A stretch of DNA of 64,000 nucleotides from positions 32,001-96,000 of the forward strand of contig CAVPSJ010000012.1 of assembly GCA_963708295.1 (NCBI GenBank), in the 5' to 3' direction. This DNA comes from an uncultured delta proteobacterium (GTDB lineage Bacteria > Desulfobacterota > BSN033 > UBA1163). Shown one piece after another: positions 32,452 through 42,905 of this stretch; within the stretch, counting starts at the first letter, position 1; each line of letters begins with the position of its first letter. Under the pieces are notes generated by a model, which made no database searches, had not been told where the DNA came from, and saw nothing but the letters and a program-made list of their open reading frames with translations. A program made the position numbers and the translations under genes.

Positions 32452-33775
32452 CTACCCCACCGCTCCCATGAGGCTCGGGACAATGGTTGCGATTCTCGGC
32501 ATGGCCATCACAATGGCAATGCATAGAAGATCCACGATGACATAGGGAGTGACTGCCTTCCAGATATCGGACATCGTTACCTCAGGAGGAGCCACACCTT
32601 TCATCACAAAGAGGGTGACGCCGAAGGGAGGGGTAATCAAGCCTGTCTCAAGGGCAATCAGCATCATCACGCCGAACCAGATTTTGTTAAACCCGAAGGC
32701 GGTGACGACGGGCATGTAGATCGGTATGGTGATCATCATAATGGCCACGGTTTCCATGAAACAACCCATGATCAGGACGACGACCAGCATCCCGATGAGT
32801 ATGATGATCGGCGGAACGGTGAGGTTGGTAATAAAATTCGTCATCCCTGCTGCAGCACCGGTAAAGGCTAATATCTCACCGTATGTGGTTGAGACAATAA
32901 TGATCATGAATATCATGACCGTGACTTTGACGGTGCTCATGACCGACTTCTTCATGATCTCCCAGGTCAAACGCCTGTAAAGAATGGCGAGGACAAATGC
33001 CCCAAATGTCCCTGCTGCGGCCGATTCCGTCGGGGTTGCCACACCCAGAAAGATGAGACCGATGACCATAAAGATGATGAAGCCGAGGGGGATCAGGTCC
33101 CGTAAGGTGACCCGCATCTTCTCTTTCAGAGGGACTTTGGGTGCAATATACATGGGCGCCTCTTCAGGTCTGAGGCGCACCCATAATATGACGTAGAGGA
33201 AGTAGAGGCCAGACATGATGATGCCCGCCGGTATGCCGGCCATCAGAAGCTGCCCGACATCGATATTTGCAAGGCTTGCGAGGACGACGGTAAGCGCATT
33301 GGGAGGAATGAGCGCATCGACGGTGCCTACTCCCATCAGCGGACCGAGACTCATGTTTTTGCTGTAGCCTTTTTCAAGCATTTGAGGAAGCAGGATGGAG
33401 CCAAGGAGGGCGCACGTGGCAATGGTGGAGCCGCTCAAAGCGCCGATGATCACACCCATGATAATCGCCAGGAGAGAGAGCCTGCCCCGGAGGTTGCCAA
33501 GCCATTTATCAAGCACGTTCACGGCGTTAAGCCCGAGGCCCGAATGGAATATCAATTCACCCATCAGGACGAAAAAGGGCACGGGAAGCAGGGTAAAGGT
33601 TGTAATGGAAGTGAAGGCTCCCGTCACCACCCCGACAAGACCTGGGCACCCCTCCCAGGAAGTAATAGGCTCCAACCATATTGACGACGAGGAAAGCAAA
33701 GGCAATCGGCAGGTTGGTGAGCAATAGAAAGACCATGCCGCCAAAAAGCAACGAAATAATCAGCCACCATTCCAT
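32452..33775 (-). CDS. dctM: TRAP large permease (frameshift near 33645)
   Basis: PVPFFVLMG, LIPPN, ATPTESAA, ITPPFG; N-terminus MEWWL lies in another frame. Confidence 0.85.
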
Positions 33776-33778
33776 GGG

Positions 33779-34275
33779 TTATCTCCCTGCCCTGATTTCG
33801 CCGAGCTTGCTCCAGGCAATCCTGAAGAACTGGATCGTAAGAAAGAGGCTCCCGATGGGGATAATAATGAAAACAGCCGATTTCGGGACGGTCATTGCCC
33901 TGACGTCCGTTACGCCGTGTAGAATACAGTCACACATATGGACAATTCCAAGATAGAGCAGCAAGCGCACAGGCAAGCCCGCCGACGACCGACATGATCA
34001 GATTGAGATAGCGTCTTGCCCTTCTCATTGAGATGAATGTAGATGATGTCGGTTGTGATATGCCCTCCCTCTCGCAAAAGCCAGGTCGTCCCGAGGAAAA
34101 CGATCCACAAAAGGGCATACTCGCTCATCGGGGTGATCCATATCGTTGTCTGTCTGAATACGAATCGCATAAAGATGGTGTAGCACATCGCAGCCGATAT
34201 CAGGACCAGTAAGACTCCGGCCAAGGTTGCCATGATGTCCGAAAGCTTATCGAAAAACTTCCAGAATCCTTTCAT
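33779..34275 (-). CDS. dctQ: TRAP small permease (frameshifted)
   Basis: EYALLWIVFLG, GHITTD; C-terminal IIIPIGS in another frame. Confidence 0.8.
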
Positions 34276-34631
34276 TGAAGCACCTCCTCGATGCCATCCA
34301 CAGCCTGAAACGAGCGTTAACCCATATGCCGCATCAATCGTTCACGGAACGCACACGGGCAGGCCGTCCAGAAAGGCTTCGGCCTGCCTGCGCCAAGTCC
34401 CGCCTTGCGGGACGAAGGCCGGGGCGAACGCTCAAACCGAACCGCCACTTTCCTCCCAGGCCCTGCCGGAATCCGCTTTCGGTAACGTTCTCATTGCCCT
34501 TAACTTCTCAAATAAACCGCCGTCGGAAGCCTGAAAGGGCGGTTTACCCGTACACATCTGGCAACTGGAGCGTTAACTTATTATTTCGCTACGGATATGT
34601 CAAGAGAAAATATTTCTCTTTAGCCTGTCCT

Positions 34632-35607
34632 CTATGGCGTCCCCGCGTCCACCCGGCAGGCCCCCGGGCAAGGAGGGTTTAGAGAGATTTTCTCCTTTTG
34701 GATCGACGGGGGTGGGGCGGAGTGAAGGGTTGCCCGATATTTCAATTTTTCCCACTCGTCGTCCGCATCCTTCTGAATATGTTTGATTTCGGCTTCTTTG
34801 AGATGTCTGAATCTTCCTTGCTTGGACAGATATTCTTGGACGGGAAGCCGTCGTGGTTCATGGTTGATCGTATACCTGACCCCATCTTCAACTTCGTACA
34901 GAGGGAAGATGTTCGTTTCCACGGCAAGAATGGAGACTTCCGGCGAGCTATCCGTCGGCATCCGCCAACCCGTCGGACACGGAGAAAGGAGATGAATAAA
35001 CTTTGTTCCCCGAATTCCTTTGGCCTTCATGATTTTTTGCTGAAGGTCACGGGGAAAACCGATGGTGGCTGTGGCCGAATAGGGATTATAATGGGCCGCC
35101 ATGATCTCCATGATATTCTTTTTCCGTCTTGGATTTCCCTTGGGCGTCGTTCCTGTCCATGCAAACGAGGGAGTCGAAGAGCTGACCTGAATCCCGGTGT
35201 TCATGTAGGCTTCATTATCCAGGCAGACATAGATAATATCATCGTTGTTCTTCGTCACCCCTGAAAGAGCCGCCAGCCCGATATCAAAGGTTCCCCCATC
35301 TCCCGCGAAGGCCACGACCTGAATATCATCCTTTCCCTGGATCTTAAGGGCATTGGCGATCCCGGCCGCCGTCGGCGCCGCAATCTCGAAAGCAGAGTGA
35401 AAGGCGGGTACGGCATGGGGGGAATTCGGATAGACCCCTGAAATCGGCCCCTTCGCAGGAGGGAACGATGACAACGATGCATCGAGGCCCCATGGCCTGC
35501 ATCACCAGTTTCATGCCGACCACCAGTCCGCAGCCGGCACAGGCCCCATGACCCGGTCGAAGCATATTAGGCTGTTGTTCAGGGTGCCCATACCTATTCT
35601 CCTTCAC
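34632..35607 (-). CDS. porB: 2-oxoacid:acceptor oxidoreductase beta subunit (frameshift near 35447)
   Basis: PGHGACAGCG, GDGGTFDIG, DNEAYMNTGIQ, SPCPTGW. Confidence 0.88.
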
Positions 35608-35659
35608 TCCTGCTGTTATTACAGCATCGCATTAAAATCCCGATATTAAACCCCGAAGT

Positions 35660-35800
35660 TGTTCAAACTCCAAACACTAAACTCTAAATTCTAAACAAAT
35701 CCAAAATATAAAACTCAAACGCTAATTCCTTCGGTTTTGAGTTTTGTGGTTTGAACATTTGAGTTTGCTTAGAGTTTAGGATTTAATATCTTCGCTTCGA
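35660..35800. repeat. Inverted 7-bp repeat arms
   Basis: aaactcc-aaacact-aaactct-aaattct-aaacaaat ... agtttgcttagagtttaggattt. Confidence 0.7.
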
Positions 35801-35875
35801 ACTTCGCCCGCCTTCGCCCCGCAAAGCGGGGCTGCGCGCAGGCAGGTACTTGAAATTTCGTGCCTTCTCTATCAC

Positions 35876-37024
35876 TCATTCCATGATCCAAATGGGTGTA
35901 TCGACGGGTTCGGTTCTCTTCATGACGTCCAGGGCAATTTTCTCGATCACTTCAGGATCGACATCCGTTCCCCCTATCCCGGCAATATAGCTGAACGTCA
36001 GGGGACGGTCCGAAGAATGAACCAGGGCCGCCCTCAATTCCTGGCAAAAAATCCCTCCGCTTCCGAGGGATATGTTGCGGTCGATGACTGCAATCTTTTT
36101 CTTACCTTTGAGGGCGTGCTGAATCTCTTCCGCTGGGAAAGGTCTGAAGAGACGTATTTTGAGTAGCCCCACCCTGTGTCCCTGCTCGCGAAGGTTCCTG
36201 ATCGCGATCCTCGCCGTACTCGTAATCGATCCGGCGGTCACGATCACGATCTCCGCATCCTCGAGCATCACCGGTTCAATGATTCCATATCCCCTTCCGA
36301 ATTCCTCTCTATATTCGCGATCCACTCGATCCGCAATTTCTTTAACGGAATTCATGGAGGCTTGAGCCATATGCTTATACTTCCGGTATAACTCCGGAGG
36401 AACCACGGGAACTAGGTAACCAGGTTTATCGATATCGAATCGGTGAGGAAGGTTCAGGGGCGGAAGAAAACGATCCACCTGATCCTGGTCGGGAATTTCC
36501 ACAGGCTCCATAAAATGGGAGACCACAAACGCCTCTAAACAGACCATGCTCGGGAGGAAAACCTGTTCCGCTATTTTATAGGCCTGGATGACGCTATCGA
36601 GTGATTCCTGACCGTTTTCGCAATAAATTTGAATCCACCCTGTATCTCGCTGAGAAAGACTATCCTGCTGGTCAGCCCAGAACCCCCATGGCGCAGCCAG
36701 GAGTCGATTGACATTGGCCATGACCACCGGGACCCGACACCCGGCGGCAAAGTGGAGCATCTCATGCATCAGGGCAAGCCCCTGAGAGGAAGTCGCCGTA
36801 AACGTCCTGACTCCGGTCAAGGAGGCGGCAATGCAGGATGCCATGGCCGAATGTTCGGACTCGGTCCGCATCATAATTCCTTTGAGCTCACCCGAGGCCT
36901 CCCATTCGGAAAGTTTTTCGTAGATCGGTGTTTGGGGGGTAATCGGATAAGCCGCAATCAGCGGAGTGCGACACAACCGGACAGCGCGAGCCACGGCATG
37001 GTTGCCAGTAATAAATTCTTTCAT
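35876..37024 (-). CDS. porA: 2-oxoacid:acceptor oxidoreductase alpha subunit
   Basis: AAYPITPQT, ESEHSA, TATSSQGL, LFRPFP, DRNIS. Confidence 0.92.
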   Translation of the reverse strand: MKEFITGNHAVARAVRLCRTPLIAAYPITPQTPIYEKLSEWEASGELKGIMMRTESEHSAMASCIAASLTGVRTFTATSSQGLALMHEMLHFAAGCRVPVVMANVNRLLAAPWGFWADQQDSLSQRDTGWIQIYCENGQESLDSVIQAYKIAEQVFLPSMVCLEAFVVSHFMEPVEIPDQDQVDRFLPPLNLPHRFDIDKPGYLVPVVPPELYRKYKHMAQASMNSVKEIADRVDREYREEFGRGYGIIEPVMLEDAEIVIVTAGSITSTARIAIRNLREQGHRVGLLKIRLFRPFPAEEIQHALKGKKKIAVIDRNISLGSGGIFCQELRAALVHSSDRPLTFSYIAGIGGTDVDPEVIEKIALDVMKRTEPVDTPIWIME

Positions 37025-37142
37025 GACAGTTCCTTCGTTCCAATCGGTTTTGACTGCAGCACCCCGTCACCGCAGCACGGACGACACATGTTTACCCGTT
37101 TTGGAAGCACACTCATCTGCCGAATGAACCCAACGTTAAGGT

Positions 37143-38890
37143 TTATCCAGCTTCCTTCATCAAAACGATATTCCTCGGGCAGACCTTTGCACAGGTTCCA
37201 CACCCCTTGCAGTGCTCCAGGTCAACGGTTCTGGTTCTATGTTGGGGGTCGAGCGTCACCACGCCTTCAGGACAAAAGAAATAACAGTTATAACAATAAT
37301 TGCACGTTCCACAGGAGAAACACCTCAAGGCAGAGATTCTGGCCTCCGCAGAAGTGAATCCGAGATTGACCTCTGAAAAATCTTTCAGCGCCTTATCCCT
37401 AGGCCAATTTGCCCATTTCCACCCGCTCGCTGTGTTCAAAATAAAGGGTATGGAGCTGTGGATAGGAGATCACCTCTTTGGGTTCAGACCAATTCCCTCC
37501 GTTTCTGCCTGAGAGATAGGCTTCCATTGAAAGAGCACCCTTATTTCCGACCCGAATCTTGGAAAAAACGTCGTCAGGATGATGTCCCCTCAGATACAGG
37601 TCGATCGCGATAGCAGCCTTTTTCCCTGCGCCGATCGCGGTCACGATGGTTCGTGGCTGGTCAACCGCATCTCCCCCTGCAAAGATCTTGGGATGAGAGG
37701 TGGCCAGGGAGGAATTCACATCGATCAGGCCATTCCCGCCGACCGTTTCGGGTATCCATGAAAGATCGACTCCTTCCCCCACCGCCTTGATGAGTCCATC
37801 TGCATCCAGTGTGAGGTAGTCTCCTTCAACGGGGATCGCCTTAGGCCTTTTGCTCCGGTCTTTCCCCCATAATTTCATCCGTTGAAATTTTATCCTGATC
37901 TTGTTGTTCTTAAGAAGGCTGATCTTGACAGGCTGGAGCAGGAATTCAAATCGCACACCTTCTTCCTCTGCCTCTCGAATCTCGTCCTGAATGGCGGGCA
38001 TCTCTGCTCGGGTTCTGCGATAGGCAACCGTCACTTTGGAACCGAGACGCAGTGCCGAGCGGGCAACATCCATCGCCGTATTGCCGCCGCCGATCACAAC
38101 GATCTCTCTTCCTATTTTGATCTTGTCCCCGGAATTAATTCGATCTAAGAAATCCCCTCCCCTCCAAACCTTCTTCAAATCCTCGCCTTCGATGCCCAGG
38201 GATAAACTCAACCCGGCTCCCGGCGACAGAAAAACGGAATCAAACCGGTCTAACTCTTTAAAAAAGAATTCCTTTCCCACCCTCACGCCTGTCTTCACAT
38301 CGACGGAGAGTTGAAGTATTCTCTTGATCTCTTTTTTCAGAATGGATTTAGGAAGCCGATATTCAGGAATCCCCCAGCGCATGACCCCGCCCAATTCCCT
38401 TCTCGCCTCAAAAAGAGTCACCCGATAACCCAAACAGCCTGAGGAAATAGGCAGCGGATAGCCCTGCCGGCCCTGCCCCCACTACGGCGACTCGTTTAGG
38501 ATTTACGGTGCTCGATAGGGGATGAATATCGGGATGCTGGCGAGAAGTCGCATCAAACACACGCCGTTCCATCGCATGGATCGACACGGCCTCATCGTAC
38601 TGAATCCGATTGCAGTCTCTTTCGCAGGGATGAAAACAAACCCTTCCGCAAACCCCCGGGAAGGGGTTTTCCGCCAAGAGGGCCTCCATGGCCTCTTTAT
38701 ATTTTCCTTCTCCCGCAAAATACAGGAATTGGGGAATAGGGTTTCCAGCGGGACAGACTTCCTGACAGGGGGCCGTCATGAAGGCCGCTTCCGGTTTTTC
38801 ATAACCCCATTTTCCCGTCTCAATCACCTCCGAGCTACCGTACGAGATGGGAATGACTAATTCAGATGAAGAATCATATCTTATTTCCAT
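37143..38890 (-). CDS. GltD-like NAD(P)H flavoprotein fused to a PorD-like 2x[4Fe-4S] domain (frameshifts near 38420 and 37400)
   Basis: APCQEVCPAG, CGRVCFHPCE, GAGPAG, GGGNTAMD, AYRR, FAGGD, CFSCGTCNYCYNC, CKGCGTCAKVCP. Confidence 0.8.
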
Positions 38891-38897
38891 GTTCGGT

Positions 38898-39449
38898 TTA
38901 TCCCTCAACCTCAAACACCTTCGCCTGTTCGTAAGCCTCTTTGACAGCTTCAATATTTTGCTCAATTTTTGCGGGGACCATTTTTCTCACCACTTCGAGC
39001 AACGTCTCCATCCTGACCAGATGGGCTAAACGATTATAAGCACCCAGCATGGCCATGTTAAAAGTCCCTCCCAGCCCCACTTTCCTGGCAATCGGACCCG
39101 CGTCGACCAGACCAACTTTATATCTTCTCAGATTCTTAAAAAAATCGATCTCCTTGTTCGAATTGATGAGGATCAATCCATTCGGTTTGAGCTCCTGAAA
39201 TATCTCTTTTTCATCCGTCAAAGACAGATCGAAAATAATCATGTGGTCCGGATGCTTGATCTGACATTTCAAAAGAATCGGTTCCTCATCGACCCGCAAA
39301 AAGCCGGTCACGGGAGCCCCACGGCGCTCTCCTCCGAAGAGTGAAAAGCACTGCGGGAATTTCCCTTCCACGAAAAGGGCTCTTCCCAGAATCTCTGATG
39401 CGACCACCGCTCCCTGTCCGCCACGACCCTTGAATTTGATTTCGATCAT
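38898..39449 (-). CDS. porG: 2-oxoacid:acceptor oxidoreductase gamma subunit
   Basis: GRGGQGAV, FGGERRGAPV, NMAMLGA. Confidence 0.9.
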   Translation of the reverse strand: MIEIKFKGRGGQGAVVASEILGRALFVEGKFPQCFSLFGGERRGAPVTGFLRVDEEPILLKCQIKHPDHMIIFDLSLTDEKEIFQELKPNGLILINSNKEIDFFKNLRRYKVGLVDAGPIARKVGLGGTFNMAMLGAYNRLAHLVRMETLLEVVRKMVPAKIEQNIEAVKEAYEQAKVFEVEG

Positions 39450-40180
39450 TCATTCTCCCTGATCTTGAATGAATTAAAGGAGGACGATGAACCTTCAGAC
39501 GACACCTCTGTTTTCGTTGCCTCCTTAAAGGCGTATCTCAATATATCTTTCTTTGATTGTTCAAGATGGACCTTGATCGCCCTGTTGACTTCTTCCAAAT
39601 GACCTTTTTCAATCGCTTCGAGTATGCCTTTGTGGCCCTGGATCGCGCTTAAGACATTCTCTGCCAGATAAATGCTTTGAATTCTGTACCTCAACATGTG
39701 CCGCCTTAATGTCTGACCCAGCTCCTGCAAACGTCTGCTCCCACTCAGCCTTGCGATGATCTCGTGAAATTGAGCGTCCAACTCCACAAAGGCTTTCGGA
39801 TTCCCCCGGGAAGCTACTTCTTCGGAGACTGAAATATTCTTTCTCAAGTCCTCAATCAGTTTTTGAGGGGCCTTCTCCATAGCCCAACGGGCCCCGACTT
39901 CCTCGATCGCTGCCCTGATCTCACAGATCTCTTCGACCTCGTCCTCGCTGATCGGTTTAACCACATATCCCACTCGCGGTATGGATTCGATCAGGCCTTC
40001 CAATTCAAGACTATGGAGAGCTTCTCTAATCGGTGTTCTCGAAATTCCGACTTCCTTTGCAATTTTTGTCTCGACGAGGTGCTGGTGAGGAGGAATCTCT
40101 CCATTCAAGAGTTGCTCGCGAAGGTGCCCATAAATCTTCTGGCGTATCGATTTGGTATTCTTAATAATTAGTCTTCGCAC
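39446..40180 (-). CDS. GntR/FadR-family regulator (FCD domain)
   Basis: GISRTPIREAL, EIRAAIE, DAQFH, HLE. Confidence 0.92.
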   Translation of the reverse strand: MRRLIIKNTKSIRQKIYGHLREQLLNGEIPPHQHLVETKIAKEVGISRTPIREALHSLELEGLIESIPRVGYVVKPISEDEVEEICEIRAAIEEVGARWAMEKAPQKLIEDLRKNISVSEEVASRGNPKAFVELDAQFHEIIARLSGSRRLQELGQTLRRHMLRYRIQSIYLAENVLSAIQGHKGILEAIEKGHLEEVNRAIKVHLEQSKKDILRYAFKEATKTEVSSEGSSSSFNSFKIRENE

Positions 40181-40190
40181 GATTTGAAGT

Positions 40191-40219
40191 ACTGTACCCT
40201 AGTCTAATTAACTTGTCAA
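40191..40219 (-). promoter_or_regulatory. sigma70 promoter of gntR
   Basis: TTGACA-17-TACAGT on the minus strand. Confidence 0.6.
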
Positions 40220-40323
40220 GGTAATTTTTATTAATCTAACATGCCGTAACAACAAGACTTTCATAATTAATGTCGGGTATGTTTGATGGGCGATTACAAG
40301 TACAATAATTGAATGGAGATATG

Positions 40324-40352
40324 TTGACAAACCTTGAAACTCAACATAAAAT
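40324..40352 (+). promoter_or_regulatory. sigma70 promoter
   Basis: TTGACA-17-TAAAAT upstream of the MoaD-like gene. Confidence 0.65.
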
Positions 40353-40450
40353 AACATGACCTTATGAGCAGAACGTTCGGCGAAACCACGCATTCTTCCA
40401 ACCAAGAAGCAAGGAGTGTGCTGTCTCATGAACAAGAAAAAAGGTGAAGA

Positions 40451-40726
40451 ATGAGTATCCAGGTAAATATTCTCTCCCCCTCCCTGCAGCAGTTTACCGA
40501 TAACCAAGAGGTAGTTCAGGCCGACGGGAGTACGGTCGGTGAATGCCTTGACCACCTCGTGAGGCAGTTCCCAGGTATCGAGAAAAGGTTATTTGATCGA
40601 CACGGTCAACTGCTCAATTATGTTTACTTTTTTATCAATGGGAAAGGCGCCCATCCAACGGATTTAGCCAAGCCGGTCAAGGATGGGGATCAACTCACGA
40701 TTTCACTTTTACTTCCGGGAGGATGA
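40451..40726 (+). CDS. MoaD/ThiS-family sulfur carrier
   Basis: GSTVGECL, FING, VKDGD, C-terminal GG. Confidence 0.88.
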   Translation: MSIQVNILSPSLQQFTDNQEVVQADGSTVGECLDHLVRQFPGIEKRLFDRHGQLLNYVYFFINGKGAHPTDLAKPVKDGDQLTISLLLPGG

Positions 40727-40836
40727 GGAAATGAATCAACCCTTCGACTTTCCCCGGTCCGAAGTCCGGGGTTTGCTCAGGGTTGATACTGAGAGACGCT
40801 TTTGACTCCGTCCTAAAGGACGGAGCTCGCCATCGA

Positions 40837-40946
40837 AATGAAGCTCCCCGCCCACAGGGCGGGGCTTCCCGAAGAGGAAGTTTCGTTCATATTGTACCCC
40901 TTAACCGCGCCTATCCCGATAGGTCGGGACGGGGCACGTTTCGGTC
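40837..40946. mobile_element. Palindromic non-autonomous element (IS200/IS605-end-like)
   Basis: Hairpin aagctccccgccc-aca-gggcggggctt and atattgtacccctt, shared with 60925-61008. Confidence 0.5.
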
Positions 40947-40963
40947 AAGAAAGGAGAAAATCC

Positions 40964-41728
40964 ATGGGGATCGTAGACGGAAAAGTATGTATCGTTACCG
41001 GCGGGGCGGGCAGCATCGGTCTTGCAAGCGCCTCGATTCTTTTGCAGGAAGGGGCGAGGGTCATGCTCGTCGGCCGCAATGAGGAAAATCTGGTCCGTGC
41101 GGCTAAAACCCTGAATACAAAGTCTGATTTTCTGGGAACCATCAAGGCGAATGTCGCGGATACCCAAGAGACACAGAATTATATCAATCAGACGGTGGCC
41201 AGGTGGGGCAAGATCGATGTGCTGTTCAGCCATGCGGGTATCAGCGGCGCGATCAAGCCGATCACCGAATATCCGGAGGACGTCTTCGACGCCGTCATGG
41301 CGATCAACATCCGCGGTTCCTTCCTGGCCTGTAAATACGGTCTGCCTCAAATGAATGACGGCGGCAGCATCATCATCACCTCCAGTATCATGGGCGTAAC
41401 TGCTGACCCCGGGGTCTGCGCCTACGTGACATCCAAACACGCACTCATTGGTCTCATGCGGACGGTCGCAAAAGAAGTGGCGCCTCGTAAAATCCGCGTC
41501 AATGTGGTCGCCCCAGGCCCCATCGACAACTCATTCCAGACGAAGATCGAGGAACGCCTCACCGAAGTGGTCGGGGAGGATGGCACCGAATTTCTCAATC
41601 GTGTGATTCCCCTCGGCCGTCATGGTCGGGCCGAAGAGATCGCGAGAATGGTCCTCTTTCTTGCTTCCGATCAAGGCAGCTTTTCAACGGGGAGCGTCTT
41701 CATGGCAGACGGTGGAATGAACGTTTAG
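40964..41728 (+). CDS. Short-chain dehydrogenase/reductase
   Basis: TGGAGSIG, YVTSK, PG; RBS aggag before ATG 40964. Confidence 0.92.
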   Translation: MGIVDGKVCIVTGGAGSIGLASASILLQEGARVMLVGRNEENLVRAAKTLNTKSDFLGTIKANVADTQETQNYINQTVARWGKIDVLFSHAGISGAIKPITEYPEDVFDAVMAINIRGSFLACKYGLPQMNDGGSIIITSSIMGVTADPGVCAYVTSKHALIGLMRTVAKEVAPRKIRVNVVAPGPIDNSFQTKIEERLTEVVGEDGTEFLNRVIPLGRHGRAEEIARMVLFLASDQGSFSTGSVFMADGGMNV

Positions 41729-41744
41729 GACGGAACTTCAGAGA

Positions 41745-42719
41745 TCACCTGCATGCAAGAACAGATCGTTGCACCAGGGTCCTGGCAATCTGAACCATAT
41801 ACCGGTTATGGCGAAGTGGTTTTGCCGAGGATGCAACTGCATCTCCCGCCGCCTTTGCCGTCGTCTCGTCAATTCCCCGGCCCGTGATCGATTCTTCAGC
41901 TTTTACCGCACGGTAAGGCGTGGCGTAAACCGCATTGAGGCAGATACGGGCATGGCGGACTTTGCTGTCTGACAGGGTCATCCTCGCAGCACAATTCACA
42001 ATCGGAAAGTCTATCGTCTTCCTGCTGGCAAATTTAACGAAAGAGCTCTTCGTATCAGCGGGGGGCGCTTTCATTTGAATCTCTGTCACGATTTCATCAT
42101 GCTCCAGAACGGTCGTCCTTGTGACCCCGACCTCAAAAAAGTCAACGGCAGGGATCAATCTCCTGGATGTCTTCACTACGGCATCGAGGGCGATCAAGGC
42201 AGGGGCGGTGTCACTCGGGTGGACGGCCAGGCATCCGCCTTTGACGATCGAATCAAAAATAGAGTGATACCGGTTATCCCCTTCAATCGCATAACATCTC
42301 CCGCCCCCTTTCCGAAGGCATGGAAATCGGTTGTGTGGGTTTCGATAGTACCAGCATCGGATGTCCTGGCAGATATTGCCGCCAATCGTTCCCATTTCCC
42401 GGATGTGGGGAGATGCCGTCCTGTGGGCGGCTTCGGCGAGCGCACTGTATTTGGACCGCACGAAGGAATCGGTCGCGATGTCTTCAAGCCGAGTCAGCGC
42501 CCCGATTCGCAGGTTCCCTCCCTCTTCTTTGATAAAATCAAGCCCTGGGATGGTTTTCAGGTTGATGATCGCCTCCGGGTACATCGGCAATATCTCATCC
42601 TTCATTTTCCCGAGCAAATCGGTTCCGCCGGCAATGACGCTCGCCTTGGCCCCGTACCTCTGCAGGACAGAGATCGCCTCATCGATGGTCCGCGCGTTCA
42701 GATGCACAAACTTCCTCAT
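41745..42719 (-). CDS. Xanthine dehydrogenase family FAD-binding subunit
   Basis: AGGTDL, GTIGGN, Cys insert (RCWYYR..CLRKGGGRC..CLAVHPSD). Confidence 0.92.
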   Translation of the reverse strand: MRKFVHLNARTIDEAISVLQRYGAKASVIAGGTDLLGKMKDEILPMYPEAIINLKTIPGLDFIKEEGGNLRIGALTRLEDIATDSFVRSKYSALAEAAHRTASPHIREMGTIGGNICQDIRCWYYRNPHNRFPCLRKGGGRCYAIEGDNRYHSIFDSIVKGGCLAVHPSDTAPALIALDAVVKTSRRLIPAVDFFEVGVTRTTVLEHDEIVTEIQMKAPPADTKSSFVKFASRKTIDFPIVNCAARMTLSDSKVRHARICLNAVYATPYRAVKAEESITGRGIDETTAKAAGDAVASSAKPLRHNRYMVQIARTLVQRSVLACR

Positions 42720-42905
42720 CCTTTCCTCCTATGCATCACCTCTTCATTAATTAAGAAATGACTCCACCCAGGACCCTGTCCCCTCGGAGGGGAAAAGAAA
42801 GCCAATTTTCATCGTTCGAGGTTGACGCGGTGGTCATGAAACATACAAGACCGGACGGGTGCGGGTTTGATAAACCTCTGGAAGCGCACCTACCCGCCAG
42901 ACACG

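Noticed and set aside
34280-34560. Riboswitch or ncRNA in the dctQ leader
   Set aside because: Hairpins are present, but I cannot match a known aptamer, and part is a dispersed repeat. An Rfam search would decide.
40838-40963. N-terminal extensions in the ORF track (SDR, cobO, carboxyltransferase, mce, 56641-57030)
   Set aside because: They are translations of repeat, attC or terminal-repeat DNA; downstream starts fit the families better and mostly have an RBS.
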